A stretch of DNA of 63,441 nt, counting the filler, from Euprymna scolopes (taxonomy: Eukaryota), in assembly GCA_053919585.1 (NCBI GenBank). It is 4 parts of 4 records of this genome, joined end to end, with 100 filler letters (N's around TTAATTAATTAA, not from the genome) between each part and the next. Parts side by side here need not be neighbours in the genome. Positions count along the whole stretch, not along the records: positions 1 to 27,068 come from CM132805.1; positions 27,169 to 55,837 come from CM132803.1; 2 more parts are not named here. One strand, given 5' to 3'. Made by a program: the position numbers and the translations under genes. Below are positions 23,520 to 37,672 of the stretch, piece after piece. The notes beneath the pieces were generated by a model that had not been told where the DNA came from, made no database searches, and worked only from the letters and a program-made list of their open reading frames with translations. How positions within the stretch are numbered: position 1 is the stretch's first letter; each line of letters starts with the position of its first letter.

Positions 23520-24430
23520 GGCATCACCACATTATCAAGGCCCAGAGGCCACTCAAGGATAAGGGTTAAAGAGTGTACAGTAGAAGTTGGTCAATATAGT
23601 AATCATTAGTAATGAAAATTTGGTAAATTTAATAACTTATATGGAACGGCTCATCAAGAACTTATTTACTTTAGACTTGAACACAACCATATTGTAGTCA
23701 GCCGGAAAGCAGGAAAACGGAAGACAATTCCACAGGCGTGCAGTTCTAAGAAAGAAGCTTTGTTCATGGAATCTACGTTTAGGTTTAGGCACAGATAAAG
23801 AGTGGGGGAAATTATTGATAGTGTTTACAGCTAGACGAGTGTTTCTTGTGAAAGTTTGGCGAGGGGGGACCATAGATTGAAGCTCAGTTGAACACTTTCC
23901 ATGAAAATAACGATACATCAGAGACAAACTCGCAACATCTCTTCTGTGAGATAGAGGTTGCAAGGAGGAGAAAAGGACATCTCCTACGAGGCTACGAAGT
24001 CTATTTTGAACTCTATCAAGGCAGGACAAGTTCTTTCTAGCAGCTCCTGCCCAGATGTGGCAACAGTATTCCATCCTTGGACGTACCTGGCTCTTATATA
24101 GATAGAGAATAGCATCAGCAGTGAGATATCTACTGGATCGATAGAAAGATCCCACCATTTTTCCAGCGGCCTTGGCAACAGATTTGATATACGTGTTCCA
24201 TTTAAGATCAGGAGTAATGGTCAAGCCCAGAAGCTTGTCAAAACTTGAGGCCTCCTGAAGACGAGAGCCATTCATTTCAATTGATGACAAATGTGGATTA
24301 GAATGTTGATGATGTAAAGAGAGAAGCTTGGTTTTAGATGCATTAAAAGTAACCAGCCACTCCTTTCCCCATTGTACTACGTGCTCAAGATCAGAGGAGA
24401 GAGAATTGGAGAGAACTTGCTCGTTTACTG
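23488..24430 (-). mobile_element. 5'-truncated CR1-type LINE (ORF2 C-terminal part open) with 3' UTR and poly(A) tail
   Basis: 217-aa ORF with LGLTITPDLKWNTYI, LYKSQVRPRMEYCCHIW and RTARLWNCLP; frame extends upstream (EWLVTFNASKTK). A plus-strand poly(T) run at about 23488-23514 is the poly(A) tail. Confidence 0.92.
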
Positions 24431-25621
24431 TCTTATCATATGTTATCTTCTTTTATACATATGTGTATCTTGCCTAAAAATGTAACAAATTTGTAACAAA
24501 AATATCATATCATATGTTATCTTCTTTTATACATATGTGTATCTATATTTTTCTTTGTCTGCCCGCCATTCCACTTTTTCTCTAATACTACTGGGCCGAT
24601 CTGGCTGAAATTTTGCATGGACTGGTGTTATGAAAATGGCAGCAAACTAAGTATTATGGTATCCGCTTGATGTACAGTTAGGGATGAATAGGAATTAGCT
24701 ACCACAATACCACATCTACTTTAGAAGTTTTCTCAGAAATTACTGCGCTGATCTGGCTGAAATTTGGATAGACGTTTGTTATGATAACGTGCAGTGAACT
24801 AAGTGTTATGGTATTAATTTGATGAACAGTAGGCATCTCCAAACCATTGTGTAGGACGTCATCATTGTACACATAACTAAGTGACGTCATCATTCCGTGT
24901 GTTTACTATAGTCTGGGTCAGTTTCTATAGAAGATCATTTATGCAGAAATTTATGAATAAATAAAATGTACAGTAAAAAAAAAAATGGATAAAAAACAAT
25001 ATAAGACTTACCTTTTATAAAACAAGTAGATTTTTAATAACGAACTACACAGACGATAAATTAATTTTAACCTGTTCTGTTGATACATGTATCTAAAGAT
25101 GTTGTTGCTTACAGGCTTCCATACTTTTTTGGACAAAAAGTAAAAAATTTGATTATCACCCTCATTCATTTTAAATAATCAAATCCAAACAATTTTTTTT
25201 TTTTTAGTTGATTTTGGTTTTGCAATTTTTATTATCCCAAGAGTCATATATCCTGTTATATAAATATATTTTTTTATTATTGGAAACCTGTTATATAAAA
25301 AAAACTGTTTAAATTTCATATTGCGTAATATTTGAAATTAATATCATTTAAAGCTTTTTTAAAAATAATTTTTTAGAACTGTTTTTTTTTTGTTGTAATT
25401 CAAACAATTATATTACCGAGAAAAAAAAATTATCAAGAAAAAGTTTCTTTTTTAAACATAATAATATTGGCTTTATGCCTAATTTTATTTACAACTTTAT
25501 ATATATAAAACTATTTTTTAATTATTTGATCTTTTCAGCTTTGAAAAATTGTTGAAATTTTTATCAACCTATATTTGTTTTGTTAAATTTTTGTAACATG
25601 AAATATGGAGGGGTAGAATAC

Positions 25622-25654
<33 letters not shown>

Positions 25655-26644
25655 CCTCTAATATATTTAATGAAACTTATTTTTATTATTTAAGTTTATT
25701 TAATAATGAATAAATATCGAAAATTAAAGGAAAATATGACAATTATTTGATTTTTGCTAGATTTTTAAAACATGGGTGTGTCTACAGCTTAAAAAACGTC
25801 ACTACATAGGAACGTTGTTTTAAAGTGTCGATAATGTAAACACGATTTTTGTCTTGCATTTTCATTATTTTTGTATGCTGTGAAAAAATTTTTTTAATAA
25901 ATATTAGCAGTTTACTTTGAAGCTTCTTTTAAATAATAAAAAGTTAGGATGATAAATTAAATTACAATTACATTGGGTTAAATATGAGGGGGGTAAAACT
26001 GTGGCGCACGTTGGAAGTACCTAATGAACAGAGATAAATAGGAATTAGTATTTACTGCAAAATTAACCATGTTCAACCATCAATTTGACATAAAGCACTC
26101 ATTTTAAGTCAAAAGGCCATAACTTTTGCTGCCGTTTTTAATGGGCAAAAAGTCGAAGTCTATACTATATTTCTCTCAGTCTGTCTATCAGTCCATTCTA
26201 CTTTTTCTCGGAAACTACTAGACTGATCTAGCTGAAATTTTGTACGAACCTTTGCTATGATAAGGTGGAGCGAATTAAGTGTTAGGGTATGCTGTTTGAT
26301 GCAGAGTTGGTTAATAGGGATTAGTATTCAAGGCAAATATGAACACAGATTTAATCATATTCAGCCATCAATTTGATATAAAGCACTCACTCTGAACCAA
26401 TGGGCAATAACTTTTTCCCTAGTTAAAAAAATCTTTTTCCCTGGTAAAAAAAAAAATATATATTTTTATGTACATGATCACTTATAAACTAATTAACTGA
26501 TTATTATAAACTTTAATACAAATCTGCTAGGATTGTACTGTGGCTATATTCCGTTGTAGTTTTACACAAATGGAAACAAAGAGGCCGTCTTGAAAATTCA
26601 GATACCACAAATTTTGATGAAATTTTAACCACGGGTTAAAGACA

Positions 26645-27068
26645 TCTATAATATAAATCTCACGTGTCTGTTTAAATGTATGTATGTATGTTTGTATGTC
26701 TGCCTAAAACTTTTGATAGAGGCTACGGATTTTCACAAGATTAGTACTGTTTTGACACTCGAGATCTCGGACAACAAATATAAAAAAAAATTGGCCCAAA
26801 ACATTAATTCCTTCACCCTCAACTGGGAAGTTTTCTACAAGAAGGGGTCGATTTTTTGCAAGCCATTTTTGCAAGTCATCGTATCGGTTGGATTGACTTT
26901 GCCTAATTTTAATGTTCCAAACTTCCGGTCGCGTCATGGAGTAGTGGTAAGACATTAGATTTTCTTTCACTTTTGTTTCTGCCTTTGCGTCATGGGTTCG
27001 AGCCTGGCTACGACCACTGATTTTCTTTTTTTTTTTTTTGCTCAACACACACTTCCAAACACCCGGGC
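26645..27068 (+). mobile_element. Non-autonomous Helitron-like element containing a tRNA-like segment; 3' end runs into a gap
   Basis: 5' TCTATAATATAAA, a (GTAT)n microsatellite, internal GGAGTAGTGGTAAG...GGGTTCGAGCC, and a terminal CACCCGGGC half-hairpin at the gap edge. Confidence 0.5.
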
Positions 27069-27168
27069 NNNNNNNNNNNNNNNNNNNNNNNNNNNNNNNN
27101 NNNNNNNNNNNNTTAATTAATTAANNNNNNNNNNNNNNNNNNNNNNNNNNNNNNNNNNNNNNNNNNNN
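27069..27168. other. Artificial 100-bp scaffold join (N-run, TTAATTAATTAA, N-run); identical joins at 55838-55937 and 59004-59103
   Basis: The same 12-mer, with stops in all six frames, is centred in three equal-length N gaps. Confidence 0.9.
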
Positions 27169-27484
27169 GTAACAGTGTAGCTCCCTAATTACTAGTCTAT
27201 AATTTATTTTAAGGATTTCATTATACTACTTTCTGTAATTATAAGATTCAAGATTTCTCATGCTACACATTCCATTCTATAGTCATCATATTTCAGAATA
27301 TCATTTTCTCAACACACATACTTCCAAGAATGACAACCGCAAAAGGAGCTAATATGTATATTTATATCTAAATATGATACATATTTTACTTATATATGTT
27401 TGATTGATATTTCGTCTTTATTAATACAGAGACTTTTTCAAAGTGAGGTCTGGCTTTGAAATATAATAGTAAAAAAAATCATTT

Positions 27485-27529
<45 letters not shown>

Positions 27530-30323
27530 GTAAAAATTATTTTGAATAATTTCATAATTATTCCTTCCCAATATTCATCGACAAGTCACAATCAAGCTGC
27601 AATAAGCTCTATTTTCTGCAAGCAAAGGTAATATAACTTATTTATAACTGCCCTGATTTACCTAATTTTCAAACCGATCGATGATTTGCCTTGAGTATAA
27701 TTAACTTTTGGCATTATCTTATTGTTTTCAAACATAACTAGGTAAGTAACATTTCTGAAACGTTTATAGCTAGTATAAGTAATATGTTTTGGAACTTATT
27801 GATTAAAAACTGATTTTTTCCTCATATATACATAGTTATAGTTGATTTTAAGTTTTGCAGATGTTTTCTTCCTTCTTCAATAACCGCCATAGTAATAAGA
27901 ATCTTTTGACTTTGTCTGTTTCTTTTTCGGATTTAACTGACAATTTTTTCATGTCTATAAATATATTTTTTAAATACTGCCATACGATTGTTCAGAATTT
28001 TCTTTTTATATGTCTATATATTTACACCACAGTTATATATATACAAAAAGGAATAATTTTAAGACTTTTCTAATTTACTGCCAAAACCACAATTATTTAC
28101 CAAAAAAAAAAACAAAAAAAAACTCCACAAGATAAAAACATTTTTTTTTTATTTTAACTTTTTTTTATTATGAAGAATAGAAAAAACACAAATTAAATTT
28201 GATTCCAGAATTCCAGCTTTAAGGTTTTTTTTTTTTTTTTAATTAAAAAGAAAAATCTCTTCCAAAATTTTGCTTGAACATTATTCCACCATATAAAGAA
28301 ATTTTCCACATCCAATTTCTGCATATTAAAATATTCCCCCGTTTTGATGAATGTGTCAACCTTTAGAACATATTTAGAGCTTTAACTTTATAATATTTTC
28401 TTGATACATATTATATTAGAGCATTTTTGTTGTCAACCTGTTGGTCACATAGCTTCTAAAACTACTTCGCAAAATTGGACCATATTTGGTATAAAACATC
28501 CCAGAGATGCTGAATGTGTCACATGTTAAAATGTTATTCAGCTAATACTACTAAAAATAAAGACAACAACAACTAATAGGCTATAAAACTATTGGAGGGG
28601 AAAAAATAACACAAATTTGTCATGAAGAAACTTTGAAATGCTGAATGTGTGATGGGGAGGGATGAAAATGATATTACTACTATTACTATAGTTGACCTAG
28701 CTCTTTGAGCATACTGTCACCGTTATTCAAAGGAATATGTCAAGCCTGCTCTTAGCCTGCCAAGCTAGCAGGATATCCAATGAAACTTTCTGATGTTTCA
28801 GATGTATCCACAAAAATGTTCAAACTTGGCAGTTAAAAAAAGATTATTTTGAATTGGCCGGCAACAAAGTAAATGTTTACATTATTTTTTTAGGTGTAGA
28901 AAATTTAACATTTTTGTAAATTTTTTATCCATCATAGCCATTTTCTTTATTTATTTATTATTCTTGAATTATTGACTAATATGATTTAACTTCTTCATTT
29001 TTTTCTCAGTTTTAAAATTTGTCAATTCATATTTTGAAATAATTAAAGAAATTACTCATTGATAAAAAAAAAAACACAGACTCAAACATTATTAACCAAA
29101 TCTGACATAAAGAGCCCTTGGCATGTAGAATGCAATAAAAGTAAAAATACTAATTTTTTTTAAAGCAAACTTCAACATACTTTTAGAGCTACCCTTTATA
29201 CATTTTGAGAATTAGAGGTAAGTTTGGTTTAATTCTACAAAATACTTATTCACGCATTGTAATTTTAAGTATTAAGAGGAAAATAATTTTGGGAAGTTAC
29301 CATGTTAAGCGCCATTCACCATTCAAAAGAGAAAAGAAAACTGTCCAAGATGCTTGTTGCCTGATTATCTGACACTTGAATTATTTTAAAGCATTTGTGA
29401 ATTTTATGAACTTTAAAAATTAAGAAAAAAAAAATTCCAACTTTTTCAAAATAGTTATTTAAATCTTTTTACTGGCATTAGCATTTACAGCAGACATATT
29501 GTTATAAGCTTAATAAATATTTGTATTGTGTTATTAATTTACATTTTTTTAATATATAAACATTTCTTTGTTTTTAGTTATGCTTGTACACAAGAAATGT
29601 AATTCTCAATTTTCTAAACTGAACAAAACAATAAAATGTTAGTGCATTGAAATTTTAAAATATAAGTAATAATTAAGGTTGATTTTCGTTTCTAAAACAG
29701 ATTTAAGAGGCATTTTTAAGTAAAATAAATTTAAGTATTTTTAAAACAGATGTTTTATCTTTTAATTTTAAATCAGAATCATAAATTTGTCCAGCGTAAA
29801 TAAGAACAAAAAATCTATGGAATTTAAGTACAACTATTAAAGTTTGTTAAATTATTCAAATAAGTAAAAAAAAAAAAAAAGAGAGAAAAACAAATTCTGA
29901 TGAATTAAATTTTTCTATTATTATTAAACATTAATAAATTATTATTCGATATTATTAACTTATTCAATTTTGTTTTATTATTAATACTTAATGTCTTTGA
30001 ATACAGTATTTAGTTAATACAATTAAAAACAAAAAAAATAATAAAGACTTGATTTTCTTTTTCTCCTGAGGAAAAACTATCTGCATCATTCTCTTCCAGA
30101 ACAAAAACTTCCCCTAAAAGTAAAAATCTCTGATTTTTAATAAAATGCGATTTTACATCTTCGGTTTAAAATTACTTTTGCCAATGATGCAAAAAAAATT
30201 TTAAAGAAAAAATAACTTTCAAAATTCAAAATGTTGGCTATTTTTTCTTTGCATATTGTGATCAGATATAAAAACTCAGTTTCCATATCAAACACTATTT
30301 TATAACTTTTCTTTAAGTATTAA

Positions 30324-31229
30324 CCCTTTATTTGAGTGGCCCATAATTTGTTTGAAATTAAAGTAACGTTTTGTGTTTATGGTGTTCTAAATGTGTAGTG
30401 GAACTGATACAACATCAATGTCCTTCATAACTGCCATTCAGTGATGGGTATCTTAAGAATGTTCAAACTATGGGTCAGATTCCTATTTACCTCTGTCCAA
30501 CTTTTGAAAACACAAAGAAAAACTATATACTTATAACATAAGAATTGACCTAATATTCTCAATGGAGGAGGTAGAAGTAATTGCAGGTGGAATAAGAAGT
30601 TAGTTTGATGGCATATCAACTCATTTTGGAGTCATTTTATGATGAAGCACAATACCCATAGTGTACATTTCATTGACTTCAAGTTGCTAATTTACACATA
30701 GTTATGTTTCATACATTTTTCTTTACTAATGCATAAATTATAGCAGAGCAAATAATGAATTGCTCACTGTCCATTCCTCCAATAATAATGGCTGTCTATG
30801 CCAATCGAAGCATTGTATAATTGTATGTCATGTCTGCGAAAAGAAAGGAGACGGTGTCTATCCCAAGTAAGAGATTATAGACAGACATCTGGAATGAGCG
30901 AGTTAAATTGGTTATGCAAACTAATCAATTTACTGACTAATTCTAGTTTGATATAAGCTGGGTATATTTTACCTGTTTAGCCAGTCAGTTTGGTAACTAA
31001 CCTGCCACTCAGTTTTAGTTGAGTTCTGTTGTAAGCCCATTCAAGATTTGTGGCTTTTAGTCCGTTTGTTAGTCAATTTTTCTTTTGTATAAAAACAATG
31101 TTCAAAATATATTCTTTGTGGATCGAAGAGATGTTGTTTTTGTGTGTTGGTAAGGGGATAGAAATACCCTATCACAAAGTCATAATAGGTGAAGAGTTGG
31201 AGGCAAAACAATTTCTTCAAAATAAAGGG
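30324..31229. mobile_element. Probable non-autonomous piggyBac-type element (~900 bp)
   Basis: TTAA|CCCTTTATTTGA ... TCAAAATAAAGGG|TTAA. Confidence 0.55.
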
Positions 31230-31429
31230 TTAATTCAGAGATGAAAACTTCAGGTTCAATTCCTGGCATGGAAATAATAATACCTGTTGTCAATTTGTTT
31301 TCCTTTGAATCAAGAAGACCTTTTGGGTTTTTTTTCCATCCAAGATGTCCATCAAATTAATAATGTTGATTATGGTTGTCTTTGCATGCCTGGACATGCA
31401 AATCAGTAAATTTAGAAAGCTTGCCTATT

Positions 31430-31675
31430 TTTCATAATAGTTAGAGTATTCGCTAATGGGCTGAAAGATCAATGTTCAATTCCTGGTTAAGTTATATCAA
31501 AGACTTAAAAGAACAGTATTTGATGCCTCCTTGTAAACACTCAACATTATAAGGTAAAGGATCAAGAGTAAGTAGAGCAATCCAAGGAAAAAAGAGTGTC
31601 TCCATTTCCTACATCTTGATGTAATAGCCAATGAAAAGAAAGCCTTTGAGTTGCCCTTGACTATGATCGATCCAT
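31430..31675 (+). mobile_element. tRNA-derived SINE resembling a common octopus SINE family; partial copy at about 2555-2697
   Basis: TAGAGTATTCGCTAATGG...GTTCAATTCCTGG head; body TTGATGCCTCCTTG..AACACTCAACATTATAAGGT..GGATCAAG is shared with 2565-2620. Family assignment from recall. Confidence 0.7.
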
Positions 31676-34600
31676 TTATTTTATAAATTTCTCAGCAAAG
31701 ATTTTTCTATGTGCATCAATAATGCATTGCCACGATTATACAGTGCTGTTGATTTTAGTGATTACTTTCTAAGTAATACACTGGCCGAATTTTTCTCTGG
31801 CATTTTTAATTGACTTAATACAGTTGATTATGTTTATTTGCACATATGTGTTAAATGTATGGTTATTGCATTTGAAACAATATTCTATTCAACTTTATAA
31901 ATTCCAGGCTTTATTTAGTTGAAAGTTAATATCTATAATACATGTTGCCAAACAAATGTTTATTATTTAAACTCTATGCTTCTGGAGTTTTTGTTAAATA
32001 TTTTTTCATCAAATAATAATAAAAAAAATTAAGAAATAATTTTCCAAAAGTAATTTTAAAATAATTGTAAAATAATGTTTTGTCAAATATTACATTTTTT
32101 TAAAAATAATTTTTTAAATATTAGAATTTTTTCCCTCTAATTCCCAATCCTTAACATAGGTTATTTTCACTTCAGTTTTTTTCAATTAAAATATGTTCAT
32201 ATTCTATTTGACAAAAAATCTATTTACTTGAATTAACATTTTATGCGGGTGTATCATACACCATATTTTGAATGCTCTTTTATATTATGAGGTTTCTTCA
32301 CTTGGGCAGCTAGCCTCATTAGTTATTAAAAAAAAACTAGAGAAGAGGGGAAGAGGATTGATTACATTGTTAATTTTTAAGTTGATTTCATTGTACTTTA
32401 TTAGTATACTGGGTTATGAGAAGGAAATGCTTTTTTATCAAAACAAGTAATGTTCTGTTTATTTTTATTATTTTTTTTAACAGACTATAATCAGTGTCTT
32501 AATGTTGGACAGATAGTTCTAAATGTTCGAAAGTATTGGTGAATGCATACAGGTTATCCCAAAAGAGTTCTGTAAAATTATTCGACAAATATCTGCAGAA
32601 ATTTATATAAGTGAAAGTTTCTTTATTTGTTCTCTATATTAAAGAAACTGAAAATAATAGAATTCAAATCATCCCCCCTGACCAAGAGTTTTTCATGTAA
32701 TAGATTTCGAGAAATTTATAAATATTGATTATTCTGTTCATTCTTTAAATTTTCAAACTAAAATGGTCTAAATGAAATTTGAGATAACGAGAGAGAAATA
32801 GAGTGCAGATCTAAGCTAAGTTTCCACATGGTAAGATTTGTTTATTTTTTTTTTCTTTATATACATAAATGAAACTCCAGATATAGTTAATGATTTACTT
32901 TTAACTGATTACTTCGGTCGCCTCATGAGATCTTTTTAGACTGAAACAACAGATTTATTGTCGTGACCAATGGTAATTTTGTTTTGTTTACCTAAATTGA
33001 ATAAAATGATATCTTACTCTTTTTATTGAGTACTATCAATAACCTGTTTAAATTCGATGATTTTTACTTTNNNNNNNNNNNNNNNNNNNNNNNNNNNNNN
33101 NNNNNNNNNNNNNNNNNNNNNNNNNNNNNNNNNNNNNNNNNNNNNNNNNNNNNNNNNNNNNNNNNNNNNNNNNNNNNNNNNNNNNNNNNNNNNNNNNNTC
33201 AAATCGTAAGAATTTGATATTTCCTATGACTTTTAATTCTGATAATAAAAGTCATATCAAACAAACAGATACAAGTTGGTCAATTTTATTTAAACGAGAA
33301 CCTAACTGAACAAGTATTAATTTAAAAATTAATAAATAATGACACCTTCATCTAGAATATAATAATAGCAGAAAATATTCATTATGGTGGGTTTTAAAAG
33401 CTCAGACTCTTTGCCTTGGTTTTTTAGTGCTGCGTTTTTACAGTGTTCGAAAGAGTACAGCTGATATACATCAGAGTAGAAAGCTACCACCACCACCAAA
33501 GTCTGACAGTAGATTCACGTGGCAGTATGTATTAATTAGTTAGAAAACCCACAAGAGAGAACATGAGCTAAAAATGCTAAAAATACCTGCATTCTATATG
33601 TTCACAAAGAAACAGATGTATCTAAGGTCCTGGGAGGGATACCTCTTTAAATGGAGCAAAATTATAGCAGAAAAAGAGATACCCCAGGGACAACAGGTCA
33701 AACAGTGTAGGCACCTCCCAAGATATTTGAAATAATCCCAACTATGTAATTATGACAAATTTGAAATCTGTTTTATGTTTTTTTTTTGTTTTTTTTTTTA
33801 GGCGAGGGTTGCTCATCTGGAATTGCATTTAGATCAAGTACCATTTTTGAATCATTCAAATTTTCATTTACAGGATGTTACGACTGAAGATGTTTAGATT
33901 AAAGTTACGTTAAATCTTTCATACTTAAAACTGTTTCCCTCACCAGAAGTAAGTAAGTTCCAGGTGAATATAATAGATGAATAAAAAAAAAAATACCACT
34001 TAACAGGTGAGAGTGCCACAAGTATTGAAGATTCACTTTGACTATCTTAGTGTAAAGGTGCAGCAGAGTTGCACCATGGCCTAACTGCAGTTAGTTTGGC
34101 TTAAGAATGTTTTTTTTTTTTTTTTAATGAAGAAAGGCAAAACAATTAATACCGAAACACAATGCCAATTGTATACAATTTATTTATAGGTTTCACAGCC
34201 TATCAACCAATTTAGGTTTATTTAATGTCAAAACAATACCTATTATATACAATGCATCGACTGATTTGCAGAATCCATTTTATGGCATATCATCCCTTTT
34301 GGAGATTATTTTATGATCAAACGTTAAAAATTGCTGCTTTATACATAACTGGGGAAAATTGATAATTTCTGTTAGAATCTTGGCTTTATTGGGTTTTATT
34401 TCTTTCTTTTAAAGTAAATAAACCGTTCTTGTGAGCTATTTAAGATCACAGCACTATAATCGATTTATTATACAATTAAATGAAAACAAGTTGCTATGTT
34501 TTATTTATAACTTGGTTCACAATTTCTCTATACAGCATTAATACATCACAGTCTACAACAGATCAGATTGCATTTGAAATATTTATAACTGACCCCATAG

Positions 34601-36136
34601 TTTGTAATGTTATCCATGAAACTAATTATGCACTTCTTGAATATTACTGAAGTTTACTTTCTTTCAGTTTTTATTGTCATAATACATAACACACAATCTC
34701 GGACATTTTCTTTTTAACTATTTTGTTTCATTTATAAAGCTAGTAAATTCAATCTCCGTTAAAACAGTGCAAAGGCAAATAATTATTTTGAACTCCAGAA
34801 AACAAATATCAATCAGGTGTGCAGAGGAAAAAAGGTAAGCGTACGTCCGAGAATATGAAAATGGGAAGATGAAGAGGTGCCCTACAAATTTCAGAAATAT
34901 GCTCTGGAGTTTAGTACCTGATCTGATTATAACTATTCACTAAAATCTATAAATGAATAAAGAAATTGACAAATAAAAATTAGAATAAGAGTAGATTTAG
35001 CACCCCCAACTATATTACTAGTAACTGAAAGGAATTGATTTAGCATGACATACCTTTCAATCTTTAACAAAACGTGTATTTTCAAATTGTGTCAAAATAA
35101 TATTTTTTTTTATATACAAAGAAAAATCAAACTCTCGACATTACGCTAACATAGCATGGCATCTGGTAAATCGAAATTTGATTCTGATTGGCCAGTAATT
35201 TAAAAAAATTATCAGTTCATGTTTTTTACCAGAAAAATTTAAATTCCAATCGATTTCATCAATTATAATTAATTAAAGATTACAAATAGTCAAACAAAAA
35301 GGACTCTTGGTCAATGCAGATATTTTTTCTATAAAAATCCCAACAATTCATGTTTACTTACAAATATTATTATTATTATTTCTTACTGAAAATGTATACT
35401 TTTAACTTTCTAATTTTTAGTCAACATGTCTTGTTTTCTAATGTAAGTAATGGTTGGAATGTATGAAAATTAATTAACCAATTAAAACTATGCCCTCCTA
35501 ATTGTAATGAAATAAATGGTTGTGCTAGTAATAATTGGGGGTGCTGAAAGTATACATAATCTTGAAAATTTGTGAAAAGTAGGAATTACAAAATAAACAG
35601 CTATTCACTTTATTCGATAAATGAAATAATAGAACTATTTTTTATGTTTATAAACCACAAAAAATATCAACGAAGTGAACCAAAAAAAAAAGAAAGAAAA
35701 AGAAAAAAGTTTATCCTACATCAAAATTTGATCAGATACAATTGTCAAAGCATTTCCTGAAATGTATCCCTATATAAGTATATATACACATCAAAATTGT
35801 AATGTTCTCAATATATGTGTAAGGCAATATAGTAATAATAAAAACAATAAAATATATGGTCAATATATATATATATATATATAAATACATTCTAGTTTTA
35901 ATGCAAGACTGCATCAGGCCATTAACTACAATTTCCATAAGAGAGTGTTAAAACAGTTTTTAAAAAGTCTGGAATTCTGGAAAAAAATTAGTTAATCATT
36001 TAGGAAGGGGAGTCTACAGATTGATTTTTCTTTATCTTTAAAAAAGAAGTCTTCTTAGTATTACTCCCCCCCCCCACTCAATTGCGTCCACATATTTAAT
36101 AATAATTGCATAAATATCCTAGACACTATGTTAGCT

Positions 36137-37637
36137 CTATTTCCAAAATTTCTTAAATTTAATTTTACTAAATTTTTTTAATTTACTGCCAAACTTTTTT
36201 AATTTACTCAAGGATTTCACTGATCCGACATCCGACCGTAGTGACATTGTATCTGAACTAGGATACATTGCAACATCCTCATAAATTGATTCACTGTCAT
36301 CATCCATCACAATATTCTCCATTGTCCGATGTTCGGGAATCACAAAAGAAACTGAAGACCTCATGGATCGGCTATCATCCGACTCGTGACCATTGACTGA
36401 GCAATTGGAGGCACATAAACCAGAATCCTGAAAACCCTGACTGGTCACATCCTGTTCACTCAAGCCCATCTCTGGACGTATAAATTTAGAATGCCCTGCA
36501 TGATAATCCAAGCTTTGTGTACTACGGACCATGTCATGAGCTTTCTGGATCTGCCCATATCCACTGAGATTCTGACGATGTTGATCTGATGGTTGTAAGG
36601 TGTTTGATCGACCGCTTACTGACGATGAATACCGCTGAATTTCAGTAGCGGTAGCATCTCCAGATTGACCATATGCCACATAGGACATGACGGGCTCAAA
36701 TTGCCTGGGGTTATCAATTGAGACAGCGGAGTCTGCAAAGCCTTTTGGTCGACACCCACCAGTGGCTGACATCCCAGGGGTTTGCAATGAAGTTGATGAT
36801 GTGGTCATCAGCGCAGACTGTTTGAGATCTCGGTAGCCAGTCAAGATTCCAGAATCAGAACTTTCTGATTTTTTGGAAATCATAGATTCTTCTGAATCGC
36901 CATGGCATATTCGACCAAAGTACCTCATTTCTCTGAGACGTCGACCTGTGCCAAAATCATAGCGCCTACGATTTTCTTCTTCTTCCATTTCAATCACTTC
37001 GTTGTATGTCATATTACTTATTCTAGAGAAGTGTTTCAGGTCTCGAAATCGTTTCGAAGGTGAATTAGCTTGCGTCATAATCTGAGGTGATTTAGTTACC
37101 GTTGATGATTTGTTCAATCCATTTCCGTTTGTCTTCTTTGAACGTTCCAAGATAGGACTGGCTAACTTTGTGTCTTCAGGACTACAGAGTGGTGCACCAA
37201 TTTCACTTTGAGACTTCACAGAATCTGATAGAACATTATCTTTTGATAGCTTTCGAGCTGGTGGTGGAGGAGGGTCCATATCTCGCAAAGAACAAGGTAC
37301 AGGTGGTGGCTGTCCAAATCTAGCTTCAGATGAAGGGCATCTATAAAGTCGAGGATACTCAACCGGGCGGGTTAGGTTAGCCAGAAATGCTGCTTTTTTC
37401 TGATAAGATTCTGAAAAGTCTGTTCTGTGTTCAATTATTTTTAAAGGGCATTTTGCACCAGACCTATGAATTTGACATTCTCTGTTACTCAATGATGATA
37501 GAGATGAAGAGCGAATAGTTGACGATAAAAGGGGAGCAAAATGGGTTGATTCCTTTAGGGAGGATGCAGTTAAATTAGCAACAGGAGCACATTGTTTTAA
37601 TGGTGGTGATGATTGAACTGAAGCGACAGAGGCTAGT

Positions 37638-37672
<35 letters not shown>

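Noticed and set aside
25012-25071. Candidate upstream E93 exon with a strong AAG|GTAAGT donor
   Set aside because: The frame required for phase 1 contains a TAA and shows no E93-like sequence; it could only be non-coding.
27113-27124. Recurring TTAATTAATTAA palindrome (also 55882 and 59048)
   Set aside because: Centred in equal-length N gaps; an assembly linker, not biology.
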